The notes under the pieces were generated by a model. It worked only from the letters and a program-made list of their open reading frames with translations, made no database searches and was not told the DNA's origin. From the NCBI GenBank assembly GCA_965220725.1, contig OZ244840.1, positions 1,152,548 to 1,216,547 on the forward strand: DNA of 64,000 nucleotides, given 5' to 3'. Of the stretch, positions 19,239 to 27,708 are shown one piece after another. This DNA is from Arenicellales bacterium. GTDB taxonomy: Bacteria; Pseudomonadota; Gammaproteobacteria; Arenicellales; JAJDZL01. Position 1 is the stretch's first letter. Each line of letters opens with the position of its first letter. The translations under genes were made by a program, and so were the position numbers.

Positions 19239-19976
19239 CCTGTGATGTGTTGAAACACGACAACATTTCGGATTCTTTGGCAGGGCGGATGCGCATCAAT
19301 CCGATCGATTTACTCAAGGTACTACTTTCCGTTGATTTGACTGCCGGCACACATGCTGAACCGGATAAACCATACATGCAACGACTCATGGCTGGAGGTT
19401 TCCCTGCGGCATTGGAGTTACCGCATGGATCTCACTGGAACAAGTAGTTTGATGACTATTCCCAGATAGTGATTGACCAATACTTACGTGCTCTTTCCTG
19501 AATTCATAGGATCGCCAGTTTTCCCCAACTCTTGGAGTCAACGGCTGCTAACACATCAAGTCTCCTTAATTCCAGTTTATTGGCATCACCGCTGAAAGAA
19601 AGTCATCCATTCGCGGAACAGTTTATCATTCTGCTAGAACAGGTTTTTCTTCTTGAACAATATACCTCCGTGGTACAAAGCCGGGAGCAAACGACTGGTG
19701 AAGAGACCGAAACTGCATCTACTACATACCGGAGTGGCAGCATCTGATTTGAAGATGAACAGTCAATCTATGAAAAACAAAGTTTCGGTAATGGGAAAAC
19801 TGCTGGAATCATTTTTAGTTCAGGCACGAAAACGGCAAGCAAGTTGAAATGACGATCGGTTAGCGTTTTCTCACTTTCGCGACAGGAGCGGTCTGGAAGT
19901 CGAACTCGTCATAGAGGATGACAATCTGTCATTCACTGGTGTTGATGTCAAGGCTGCAAGAACCGTCAATAAACGT
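19239..19976 (+). pseudogene. Decayed, 5'-truncated paralogue of the DUF4143 ATPase gene at 21989-23293
   Basis: It aligns at the nucleotide level with about 22356-23130 (cctgtgatgtgttgaaacacgacaacatttcggattctttggcagggcggatgcgcatca...). It carries stops, frameshifts and a ~40-nt internal deletion, and it lacks the P-loop region. Confidence 0.8.
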
Positions 19977-20307
19977 GAGTATTGATTTAATGACAAATGA
20001 ATAAATTATGATTCTGTATCGCAGACGCACCCATGAGTTCTCGAGAATTTTTGGCAGAATATCCATAAATTTTGCTTTAGCCTATGTGCACGAAAAAGAT
20101 GAAGGTTTCGATATTGAAATTTTCACTTGGAATACAAGTCGCATAGTCGTGAATCAAGGATTTCCTAAGTGTATTGGTTCGTGAACCAGTACATAGAGAC
20201 CGTCTACAGATAGATATAATTTACACTTGAACTGATGGTGCAGAATTAGGTTTTTAGAGAACTGGAAGTGAACTAACCGATCTCAAATTCTTGAGGGTAT
20301 ATTAAAC

Positions 20308-21117
20308 TTGAACACAAAAATAGATAAAGACTTTGATACCGCTTTTAAACTTGACAAAAATAAACTTGAGAATTTGTGCAATTTACTTCGCGATAGAGTT
20401 GGAGACATCAAATTAATCGCAAAGTGTAATGACTATGCAGTGCGGGAATTTGAGTCCTTCGAAGAAATTGAGAAATTCGATAATACAGATGATTGCAAAA
20501 TAATTGAATTAACAATTTCCTCAGTCTCGCAGAGTGACACACGTCTTTACGCAAAGATCAATTTCGAATCAGAAACAAAATCAAAATATTCAAAATTCCA
20601 TAGTTTTAGTTCGAGTAAGATTTATGTCACCGGAAGGGATGCGGACGTACGAGTCCTCTGTTCCGATATAGAAAATAAAATTAATATGCTACGCCCTTGG
20701 TACTTCCGCTATTCAAAAATTAAAGGAACCTACATTTCAACTGTGTTTCTTATTTCAATTTTCATCATCGCTTACGTTGGACATGTTTACGTTAGACAAA
20801 GTTACTTCGGACTTCCGGACTCCTTAGAAATTGACAGAACAACTACTCTACATGAGTATGTCCAAATGTTTCTAAATGTGATGTTGTTTTTCTTTATTTT
20901 TTCGGTCTCTTACTCGATTTTATCTCCCTTTCTCAATTCACTATGTTCGTGGCTCTTTGGATTGAGAATCAAGTATTTTCCTTCGGGCGTAATCTTGCTC
21001 GGCCATCAGTTGACCAATGAGAGTGATTTAGATAAAACACGCCGAGCATTTCTAATTTGGGTGAAAGGTTCTATTGCAACGGCTGTTTTAGCTTTGGTAG
21101 TTTCTGTCGTGGATTGA
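20308..21117 (+). CDS. Hypothetical membrane protein (soluble N-domain + ~3 TM helices), very AT-rich
   Basis: TTG start. There is no recognisable motif in the first ~140 aa. Hydrophobic segments are ISTVFLISIFIIAYVGHVYV, MFLNVMLFFFIFSVSYSILSPFL and FLIWVKGSIATAVLALVVSVV. One 60-nt line I counted (20341-20400) has 18 G+C. Confidence 0.5.
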   Translation: MNTKIDKDFDTAFKLDKNKLENLCNLLRDRVGDIKLIAKCNDYAVREFESFEEIEKFDNTDDCKIIELTISSVSQSDTRLYAKINFESETKSKYSKFHSFSSSKIYVTGRDADVRVLCSDIENKINMLRPWYFRYSKIKGTYISTVFLISIFIIAYVGHVYVRQSYFGLPDSLEIDRTTTLHEYVQMFLNVMLFFFIFSVSYSILSPFLNSLCSWLFGLRIKYFPSGVILLGHQLTNESDLDKTRRAFLIWVKGSIATAVLALVVSVVD

Positions 21118-21154
21118 GCAAGACAGCATTATTGGATAGCGGCAACATTACACT

Positions 21155-21480
21155 TTAGCTAGTTGTGGGAGTGTGTTTGCTCATTAGACTAGATTTAGTC
21201 ACCAGATTAATCGAGTTAGCCATCCCATGATACCGAAGACCGCCAACATTAAAACCAGATGCAACACAATGTGAAACAAAGGTGGCGTTGCGCTTGGCAG
21301 TGATGGTCGGCATGGCCGTCAGTGAGGTGCGTTCCGGCAATCCACAACGGATGCGCTCGCTGACGTTGCCGTTGGCAGCTTAGGGCATCCCGCAAATTCC
21401 CTGAACCGATCATGCCCGCAGCGCCCGGCAGGGTGGGACGCGCTTCGGATCCGGATCTGCACGACCAGCTGATGTCGAAA
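21155..21480 (-). pseudogene. Fragment of a TrpB2-like (PLP-dependent) gene
   Basis: [22 protein letters not shown] parallels [22 protein letters not shown] of the intact gene at 27709-29067. Upstream, in another frame, SEARPTLPG parallels [12 protein letters not shown]. The fragment is frameshifted and truncated, and it forms a locally GC-rich patch in AT-rich surroundings. Confidence 0.45.
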
Positions 21481-21873
21481 CCTGAAAAAACCATAGTTTC
21501 GCGCCCGCGAGAGCCTCGCTTTCGGAAAATGTCAGAGATTTTCATCAGTGAATTTTGGAACATCCCATGAAATTTGCTAATCTGCACGGACCAACGAAAC
21601 TGACTAAAAAATTGTTTGGATGGTTGTGGAGGACGAACGGATTTCGAGTGTTGCGCTTTGTGAATACAGATTGGTCTCCTCTTGCAATTGCTTGGTCGAA
21701 ACGAATTTGAAAGTCTCTGGTGTGTTCGAATATCCAAAGAAGCGACTCAGACAAATGCCGCTCACTACAGCAACAGAACTCTGAAATGGAACCTAACTAG
21801 TAAGGCATCGTCAATTTGACTGCGCTATTTCGACTAAGCCGACATAGATCGCAGGTTTCAGAGAAGTTATTAT

Positions 21874-21955
21874 TTTCATTTAGCCAACAATGATTTTTCA
21901 AAATGCCTATACTATTTTTTCATTCAGCCAATAATGAATCTTCAGTTTGCCTTAG
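21874..21955 (+). repeat. Array A: four 16-nt direct repeats at exact 22-nt phasing (consensus TTTCAnTnnGCCnAnA)
   Basis: The four repeats are 21874 tttcatttagccaaca, 21896 tttcaaaatgcctata, 21918 tttcattcagccaata and 21940 cttcagtttgccttag. The array ends 34 nt before ATG 21989. Confidence 0.75.
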
Positions 21956-21988
21956 TTTGTCTGCAAGGAGAATGTCCTAGAACTTACC

Positions 21989-23293
21989 ATGCCAAGTAAC
22001 AGCTACTACCCTCGTTACATACATCACCAAGTAGTTGAAGCACTGGAATATTCTCCAGTTGTGCTGATCCAAGGTCCGAGACAGTGTGGGAAGTCGACAC
22101 TCGCTCGAACGTTTCTTGATCCTAAGGATGGTGGCCAGGAATCGAGTACTGAGCAGAAATTCAATGCAAACCGCTACATCACTTTTGATGATCCGGAACA
22201 ACGTGAATTGGCTGATTTTGCTCCTTCAGGCTATCTCGCCTCATTGCCCGACAAAGTGATATTCGACGAAGTCCAAAAGGCTCCGCAACTGTTTGAAGCC
22301 ATCAAGATGTATGTTGACCGCAATCGCAGACCAGGAATGTTTCTGTTGACGGGTTCCTGTGATGTATTGAAACAAGACAACATTTCGGATTCTTTGGCAG
22401 GGCGGATGCGCATCATTCGGATGGACCCTCTGGCACAGTGCGAAATAGAGCAAACCCGACCGAATTTACTCGATGTACTCCTTTCCGGTGAGATAACTAT
22501 CGGCAGATATGCTGAGCCGGATAAACCATTCATACAACGACTCACAGCTGGAGGTTACCCTGATGTATTGAAGTTGCCGCGTGAATCTCTCCGGATCAAG
22601 TGGTATGACGACTATTCCCGATCAATGATTGACCGAGACCTACGGGATATTTCCCGAATTCACAGTATCGCCAGCTTGCCCCAGCTCTTGGAGTCAGCGG
22701 CGGCTAACACATCAAGCCTCCTTAATTCCAGTTCACTGGCATCGCCGCTGAAAGAGAGTCATCCAACCGTGAAAAAGTTTATCTTTCTGCTTGAGCAGAT
22801 TTTTCTTCTTGAACGTTTACGTGCGTGGTACAAAGATGGAAGCAAGCGACTGGTGAAGAGACCAAAACTGCATGTACTGGATACCGGAGTCATAGCATCT
22901 CTCCTGAACATGAACAGCGAGACTCTAGAAAACAATGTTCCAATATTGGGAAAACTGCTGGAATCATTTGTAGTTCAGGAACTAAAACGGCAAGCAAGTT
23001 GGTATGACGGTCGGTTATCGTTTTCTCACTTCCGAGACAGAAGCGGTCTGAAAGTCGACCTCGTCATAGAAGACGACAATCTGTCAGTCGCCGGTATTGA
23101 CGTCAAGGCTGCGAGAACCGTCAGTAAACATGACTTCAAGGGATTGAGAAAACTGGCACAACTGAACGGGGAGAAGTTTGTTGGTGGTATAGTGCTGTAC
23201 GATGGCGACACTTGCAGCGCCTTCGGAAAAGGACTCTTTGCTGTGCCTTTGCGAAGTTTGTGGGAACCTCTTCCGGAGTGGCCTTCCTGGTAA
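21989..23293 (+). CDS. AAA+ ATPase, AAA_14/DUF4143 family
   Basis: It has a P-loop (IQGPRQCGKSTLA) and Walker B (VIFDEVQKAP). The DUF4143-like C-terminal half shows KRPKLHVLDTGVIASLL and GKLLESFVVQELKRQ. Confidence 0.8.
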   Translation: MPSNSYYPRYIHHQVVEALEYSPVVLIQGPRQCGKSTLARTFLDPKDGGQESSTEQKFNANRYITFDDPEQRELADFAPSGYLASLPDKVIFDEVQKAPQLFEAIKMYVDRNRRPGMFLLTGSCDVLKQDNISDSLAGRMRIIRMDPLAQCEIEQTRPNLLDVLLSGEITIGRYAEPDKPFIQRLTAGGYPDVLKLPRESLRIKWYDDYSRSMIDRDLRDISRIHSIASLPQLLESAAANTSSLLNSSSLASPLKESHPTVKKFIFLLEQIFLLERLRAWYKDGSKRLVKRPKLHVLDTGVIASLLNMNSETLENNVPILGKLLESFVVQELKRQASWYDGRLSFSHFRDRSGLKVDLVIEDDNLSVAGIDVKAARTVSKHDFKGLRKLAQLNGEKFVGGIVLYDGDTCSAFGKGLFAVPLRSLWEPLPEWPSW

Positions 23294-23327
23294 ACTTTTC
23301 ACAAGGAATAGTCTATAAGGTATCCGC

Positions 23328-24356
23328 ATGAACGAAGAAGTCCGCGACAAGCATTTGAATACAACGACTCCAGGCAGTGCTAGGTTATTTGATCGGGTTG
23401 CGGAAATTCTCGACGAAACTCACAGCCATGTTGCCCAAACCATCAACAGTGAGATGGTCACAGGTTATTGGCAGATTGGGCGCGAAATTGTCGAGGATGA
23501 GCAAAGAGGACAAAATACACCTGACCACGGTAACGCGTTACTACAAAAACTCTCGCAACTACAAAGCAGTGGGGCATCCCTGTTAACACTTCAGGATTGC
23601 AGGACGTTCTACATGACTTACAGGCACAGATTGGCGTCAGACCTTCATCCAGACTTAAGCTGGTCGCATTATCGCGTCCTGATGCATGTCGAGAACGATG
23701 ATGCGAGGAGATTCTATGAGCAGGAAGTTGCTCGTAACCAATGGACCAAGCGTCAACTTGAACGACAAATAAACACCCTGCTCTTTGAACGCTTGCTCAA
23801 GAGCCACGACAAGGACGGTGTACTACAAATTGCCAATGACATGAATCCATCAGAGCGTCCAATCGACATCTTGAAGGACCCTTACGTTCTAGAGTTCCTT
23901 GATCTACCTGAGTCGGAACGTTTAGTCGAAAATGATCTGGATGCGGTCCTCGTGGCCCATTTACAGGAGTATCTGCTGAGACTGGATTCTGGATTTGCCT
24001 TTGTCGCCAGAAAGAAACGACTCACATTTGAAGGAGATCATTTTTATGCAGATCTGGTCTTCTATCACGTGCGCCTCAAGTGCTATGTAATCATCAACTT
24101 GAAAACAGAAAAACTCACTCCTGGCGACCTCAGCCAGATGCAGATGTACGTTCACTATTATGATCGGGAGATATGTACAAACGAGGACGGTCCTACGATT
24201 GGCTTGATTCTATGCACGGAAAAGAATGATGCCGTAGTTGAATACGTGCTCGGCGAAGATGATGAACATATTTTCGCTAGTCGTTACGATTCGGATCTTC
24301 CGTCCGAGGAAGAGTTGCTAAGTTTGCTTCTTGAGTGGCGCTCGGAACACGAATAA
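23328..24356 (+). CDS. YhcG/DUF1016-family PDDEXK nuclease-like protein
   Basis: The N-terminal helical DUF1016 pattern is VTGYWQIGREIVEDEQRG...LSWSHYRVLM. The C-terminal PD-(D/E)xK-like core is YADLVFYHVRLKCYVIINLKTEKLTPGDLSQMQMYV. Confidence 0.75.
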   Translation: MNEEVRDKHLNTTTPGSARLFDRVAEILDETHSHVAQTINSEMVTGYWQIGREIVEDEQRGQNTPDHGNALLQKLSQLQSSGASLLTLQDCRTFYMTYRHRLASDLHPDLSWSHYRVLMHVENDDARRFYEQEVARNQWTKRQLERQINTLLFERLLKSHDKDGVLQIANDMNPSERPIDILKDPYVLEFLDLPESERLVENDLDAVLVAHLQEYLLRLDSGFAFVARKKRLTFEGDHFYADLVFYHVRLKCYVIINLKTEKLTPGDLSQMQMYVHYYDREICTNEDGPTIGLILCTEKNDAVVEYVLGEDDEHIFASRYDSDLPSEEELLSLLLEWRSEHE

Positions 24357-24527
24357 ATCAGGGTATGAACGATACAAGTAGTCGCGAATCCAGACCTTGC
24401 TAACTCGCAAATGACTCAAAAACTACCGCTCTAATATTGATTGATTTCATATTGAACAATTTATCATCTCTGATCACTCCTCAAACTAGTCATCGGGCGG
24501 TAAACAACGTTTCAAAGATAAATTTAG

Positions 24528-24587
24528 TTTCATTCTGCCGATAAGGATCTTTCATTCTGCCGATATAGTTCTTTCAATTTGCCGATA
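24528..24587 (+). repeat. Array B: three 16-nt direct repeats at exact 22-nt phasing, same motif family as array A
   Basis: The three repeats are 24528 tttcattctgccgata, 24550 tttcattctgccgata and 24572 tttcaatttgccgata. Confidence 0.8.
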
Positions 24588-24811
24588 GATCAATTGATAC
24601 AGAGAGAACTCACAATGAACTATTGTCAAAAGATAAACAGTGCGTTAAAAATTTGTCGTACGGGTTGGATGTCATTGTCTGTATACTCTCGTTCTGCTCT
24701 GGGACTGTAAAAATGGTAGGGAGGCGTTACGTGATTTTGGATAGGCAAGGAGAAAATGTTCGACTACACGAGCCGACTAACTTGAGAGATAAACTATTTC
24801 ATACCTAATCT

Positions 24812-25615
24812 ATGCCAATTGACTTCAAAAAAGAACTTCCTGAAAACCTAATACATCTAGAATTTGGTGAATCTGATGCATCTACAACTTCTCAAGATGT
24901 ATTGAGACAGGTCATCAACCAAATCGAAGAGAACAATGAGACTTCGTTCGTAAGTCTATCGTCGTCTGGGGAAGTCAAATATAGCGAACAGATTCAGCAG
25001 GGGAGAAAACCAATTTCCGATCAAAATGAGGAAATTGTGCGTGCGCTGTTCCTTTTACACCTCACGCAAGATTTAGGGTATAACCCAAGCTGTATCGAAA
25101 TTGAATGCAGAGTCGAAGCCCAAGCTGGAAGAAGACAAAGACCCAAATGGGTTGACATTGCGATAAATAAACCAACAGGGGAGCGATGGGCACTGATTGA
25201 ACTGAAGACTCCGAATGTATATGAAAATGAAAGGAAAGACGCGTGGAGGGGGCAGTTATTTGGAATAGCACATTTTGTACAACCACGACCGAGTTTTCTT
25301 GTGTACGGAACTCTACATGACAACATTCAGTCTGATGAAAACTCTCTAGAAAAAGTTTTACGAGTCGAAATTGCGAATGCGACAGAATTCAAAAACTATG
25401 ACGATTTTTTCAAGAATGGTGAACCAACCGATTCGAAATTGGTGGAAAATTACTCTAATCCGCAAAATCCAATATACATCAAGAACGGTGGAAAAGGCGG
25501 CAAAGCACTTGAAGAAAATTTTTCGAAGAGACAATTTTCGACTCTACAAATGCAACTACATAATGTCCTGTGGGGGGGGGGGAGATCGCAGATACTGACG
25601 TATTTAATTTACTAA
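24812..25615 (+). CDS. N-terminal part of a nuclease-methyltransferase RM protein (HsdR_N-like PD-(D/E)xK domain), terminated by a frameshift in a G11 tract
   Basis: It shows EEIVRALFLLHLTQDLGYNPSCIEIE...PKWVDIAINKPTGERWALIELKTPN (D...ExK). The reading frame ends 30 nt after the G tract. Confidence 0.7.
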   Translation: MPIDFKKELPENLIHLEFGESDASTTSQDVLRQVINQIEENNETSFVSLSSSGEVKYSEQIQQGRKPISDQNEEIVRALFLLHLTQDLGYNPSCIEIECRVEAQAGRRQRPKWVDIAINKPTGERWALIELKTPNVYENERKDAWRGQLFGIAHFVQPRPSFLVYGTLHDNIQSDENSLEKVLRVEIANATEFKNYDDFFKNGEPTDSKLVENYSNPQNPIYIKNGGKGGKALEENFSKRQFSTLQMQLHNVLWGGGRSQILTYLIY

Positions 25616-26931
25616 CTCGATTAATACTCGCCAAGATTCATGATGAGAGAACAACAAACAATCATCAGCCGTATTCTTTTCAGATTTTGAATAACGAGAA
25701 TTTGAAGATCACACTAAATCGTATTGATGATTTGTATCAGAAAGCAATGGAGTCACGCTTGAACATACTCACCTCACAATCAGTTCAAGAACCGGGGAAA
25801 GGTACCGATGCACAAATTAAGTTCGCTATCGAAAAAATCTCCCCGCTAAATCTATCAAAAATTGCAATGTCCGAGGGTGGGCAAGATCTCATCGGTGATT
25901 TTTTTGAACGAATAATACGTACTGGATTCAAGCAAACTAAAGGACAGTTTTTCACCCACTTAAATATCGTAGATTTTATGGTAAGGGTAGTGGGACTGAA
26001 AGAATGGGCAGCTCAAAACGTCGAAACTGGTTCACGACCTCCACGGGTAATCGATCCTTCTGCGGGTTCAGGTTCTTTTGTCATCCGATCTATGTTAGAA
26101 ATGTCGAGAGGGCTAGAGGAATTGAAACTTAGTGACAGTGACTATAGTGATGAAATTGAATCGATATTGTCTGAACTTTCAAATACTAAGGCGGGAAATA
26201 GATGGTTCTCTAGCTACGGAGTCGGATTGGAGATAAATCAAGATTTAGGACTGGCTGCACAGGTAAACATGCTGCTACATGGTGACGGCGCTTCTGCGGT
26301 TTTTGCTGGTCCAAAACACGGCGATGGACTCGCACCGTTCGCAGAATACCCTAGTACTTGTAGCTTATTGGCAAATGAAGGTGTCGCTCCAGATTCATAC
26401 GATGTCGCTGTTTGCGAATCATTTGATGCGGTACTTACAAATCCACCTTTTGCATCAGAAATTCCCGAAGATGATCTAGCTCGGTATGAAAAGTCCTTAA
26501 GAATTATCGAGCACTCAAAGAAAAGTGAGGACCTGTTTTGTGACAGATGGTTTCAACTGTTGAAACCAGGGGGTAGATTAGCCGCCGTCATTCCCAATAG
26601 TGTATTGGATAGCAAGAAAGAAAATTGGAGTCGAACTTGGTTGCTCCGCTATTTTTGGTTAAGAGCGGTCGTGTCACTCCCTGCAGATGCGTTCTATCCA
26701 CATACCTCGACAAAAACTTCAATAATTTTCGCTAAGAAAAAAACACTAGAAGAGTCCGAGCATTCCTCCAACCTTGAAAACATCAAAAACCTAGAATCAC
26801 AATCTGACATCTATATGTCAGTGGCAACATATCTTGGGTATAAGCGTACCGCTAAACACGAGCAATCAATCTTGAGAAACGACCTTGAAGCCATTGCGAA
26901 AGAGTTGGAAGAAAGATGTTTATGGCACTAA
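25570..26931 (+). CDS. Gamma-class N6-adenine DNA methyltransferase part of the same RM protein
   Basis: Motifs are DVFNLLTRLILAKIHDE, GQFFTHLNIVDFMV, motif I VIDPSAGSGSFV and motif IV LTNPPFASE. Confidence 0.8.
   Translation: MGGGEIADTDVFNLLTRLILAKIHDERTTNNHQPYSFQILNNENLKITLNRIDDLYQKAMESRLNILTSQSVQEPGKGTDAQIKFAIEKISPLNLSKIAMSEGGQDLIGDFFERIIRTGFKQTKGQFFTHLNIVDFMVRVVGLKEWAAQNVETGSRPPRVIDPSAGSGSFVIRSMLEMSRGLEELKLSDSDYSDEIESILSELSNTKAGNRWFSSYGVGLEINQDLGLAAQVNMLLHGDGASAVFAGPKHGDGLAPFAEYPSTCSLLANEGVAPDSYDVAVCESFDAVLTNPPFASEIPEDDLARYEKSLRIIEHSKKSEDLFCDRWFQLLKPGGRLAAVIPNSVLDSKKENWSRTWLLRYFWLRAVVSLPADAFYPHTSTKTSIIFAKKKTLEESEHSSNLENIKNLESQSDIYMSVATYLGYKRTAKHEQSILRNDLEAIAKELEERCLWH
25572..25582 (+). 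repeat. Homopolymeric G11 tract at the junction of the two RM ORFs
   Basis: ctgtGGGGGGGGGGGagatc. The upstream frame reads W G G G R S Q..stop and the downstream frame reads (GTG)M G G G E I A D T D. Confidence 0.95.
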
Positions 26932-27662
26932 CAACAAAAGTTCAACCGCAAATTTTTCTTACGCCAAACCGTAAGATTAGATTAGACGCTGATTATGCGA
27001 TCTATATGTCTTCACAGGCATCATTTGAATCTGCGTTTGAAATCGAAAACATCTTTACCGCATATTGGATGCCGAAAGACGATACGAAAGTTACGGATCC
27101 AATCAATTGCTATTACTGTGAGATTGCCGACATTGATCACTATGGGAGAATTACGCCGAAGTTCGTAGATTCAAACTACACCAATGTCGATCCAGATACA
27201 AAAAAGCAACTCGACAGAAAAATAAAAAAAATATCAGAGGGAAAAATTGGTAGTGTAAATTCATGGGCGGTACTTGTGCCAAAGACGAGAGTCTACCAGA
27301 AGAAGTTCGGGTTAGTTTCGGGGAATGAAGACTGCAATTACACAACCGATTTGATCGTCCTTCAAGCTGGATCATATCTGTTGAATCTTTGTGGCGACAA
27401 GATTGCAACTGCCACGTGTTTATTGTGGATATTACTGAAGATTTGGCAGATTGGCGATATTCTGGCAGCAGTTTCTAGATGGGGTAAGTCTTATCCTACA
27501 TTAGATATTGAGGACCTGAAAGAAGTCAAAGTAGACCGTGATGAATTAGAGCGCTGGATAAATCACAATAACGGAATCAAGCGAGCTGAGGAATTGGTGG
27601 GAATTGCCACGGAAATCTGTAACCTCGATGAATCTATCAAGAAATTGATTCGCCTAAAATAG
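26916..27662 (+). CDS. Putative single-TRD specificity (HsdS-like) subunit
   Basis: It overlaps the methyltransferase stop by 16 nt. The TRD-like pattern is EIADIDHYGRI...WAVLVPKTRVYQKKFGLV...YTTDLIVLQ...GKSYPTLDIEDLKEVKV, followed by a C-terminal helix. The assignment is by pattern only. Confidence 0.5.
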   Translation: MFMALTTKVQPQIFLTPNRKIRLDADYAIYMSSQASFESAFEIENIFTAYWMPKDDTKVTDPINCYYCEIADIDHYGRITPKFVDSNYTNVDPDTKKQLDRKIKKISEGKIGSVNSWAVLVPKTRVYQKKFGLVSGNEDCNYTTDLIVLQAGSYLLNLCGDKIATATCLLWILLKIWQIGDILAAVSRWGKSYPTLDIEDLKEVKVDRDELERWINHNNGIKRAEELVGIATEICNLDESIKKLIRLK

Positions 27663-27708
27663 GTCGATAGAGTTTCTACAAAATCGCAAGTCCTTCCGAT
27701 CAAATCAG

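Noticed and set aside
24623-24808. A 61-aa ORF just upstream of the RM gene as a possible controller (C) protein or antitoxin.
   Set aside because: It has a TTG start and no SD, its sequence is Cys/hydrophobic-rich without an HTH pattern, and it lies in AT-rich DNA where such ORFs arise by chance.
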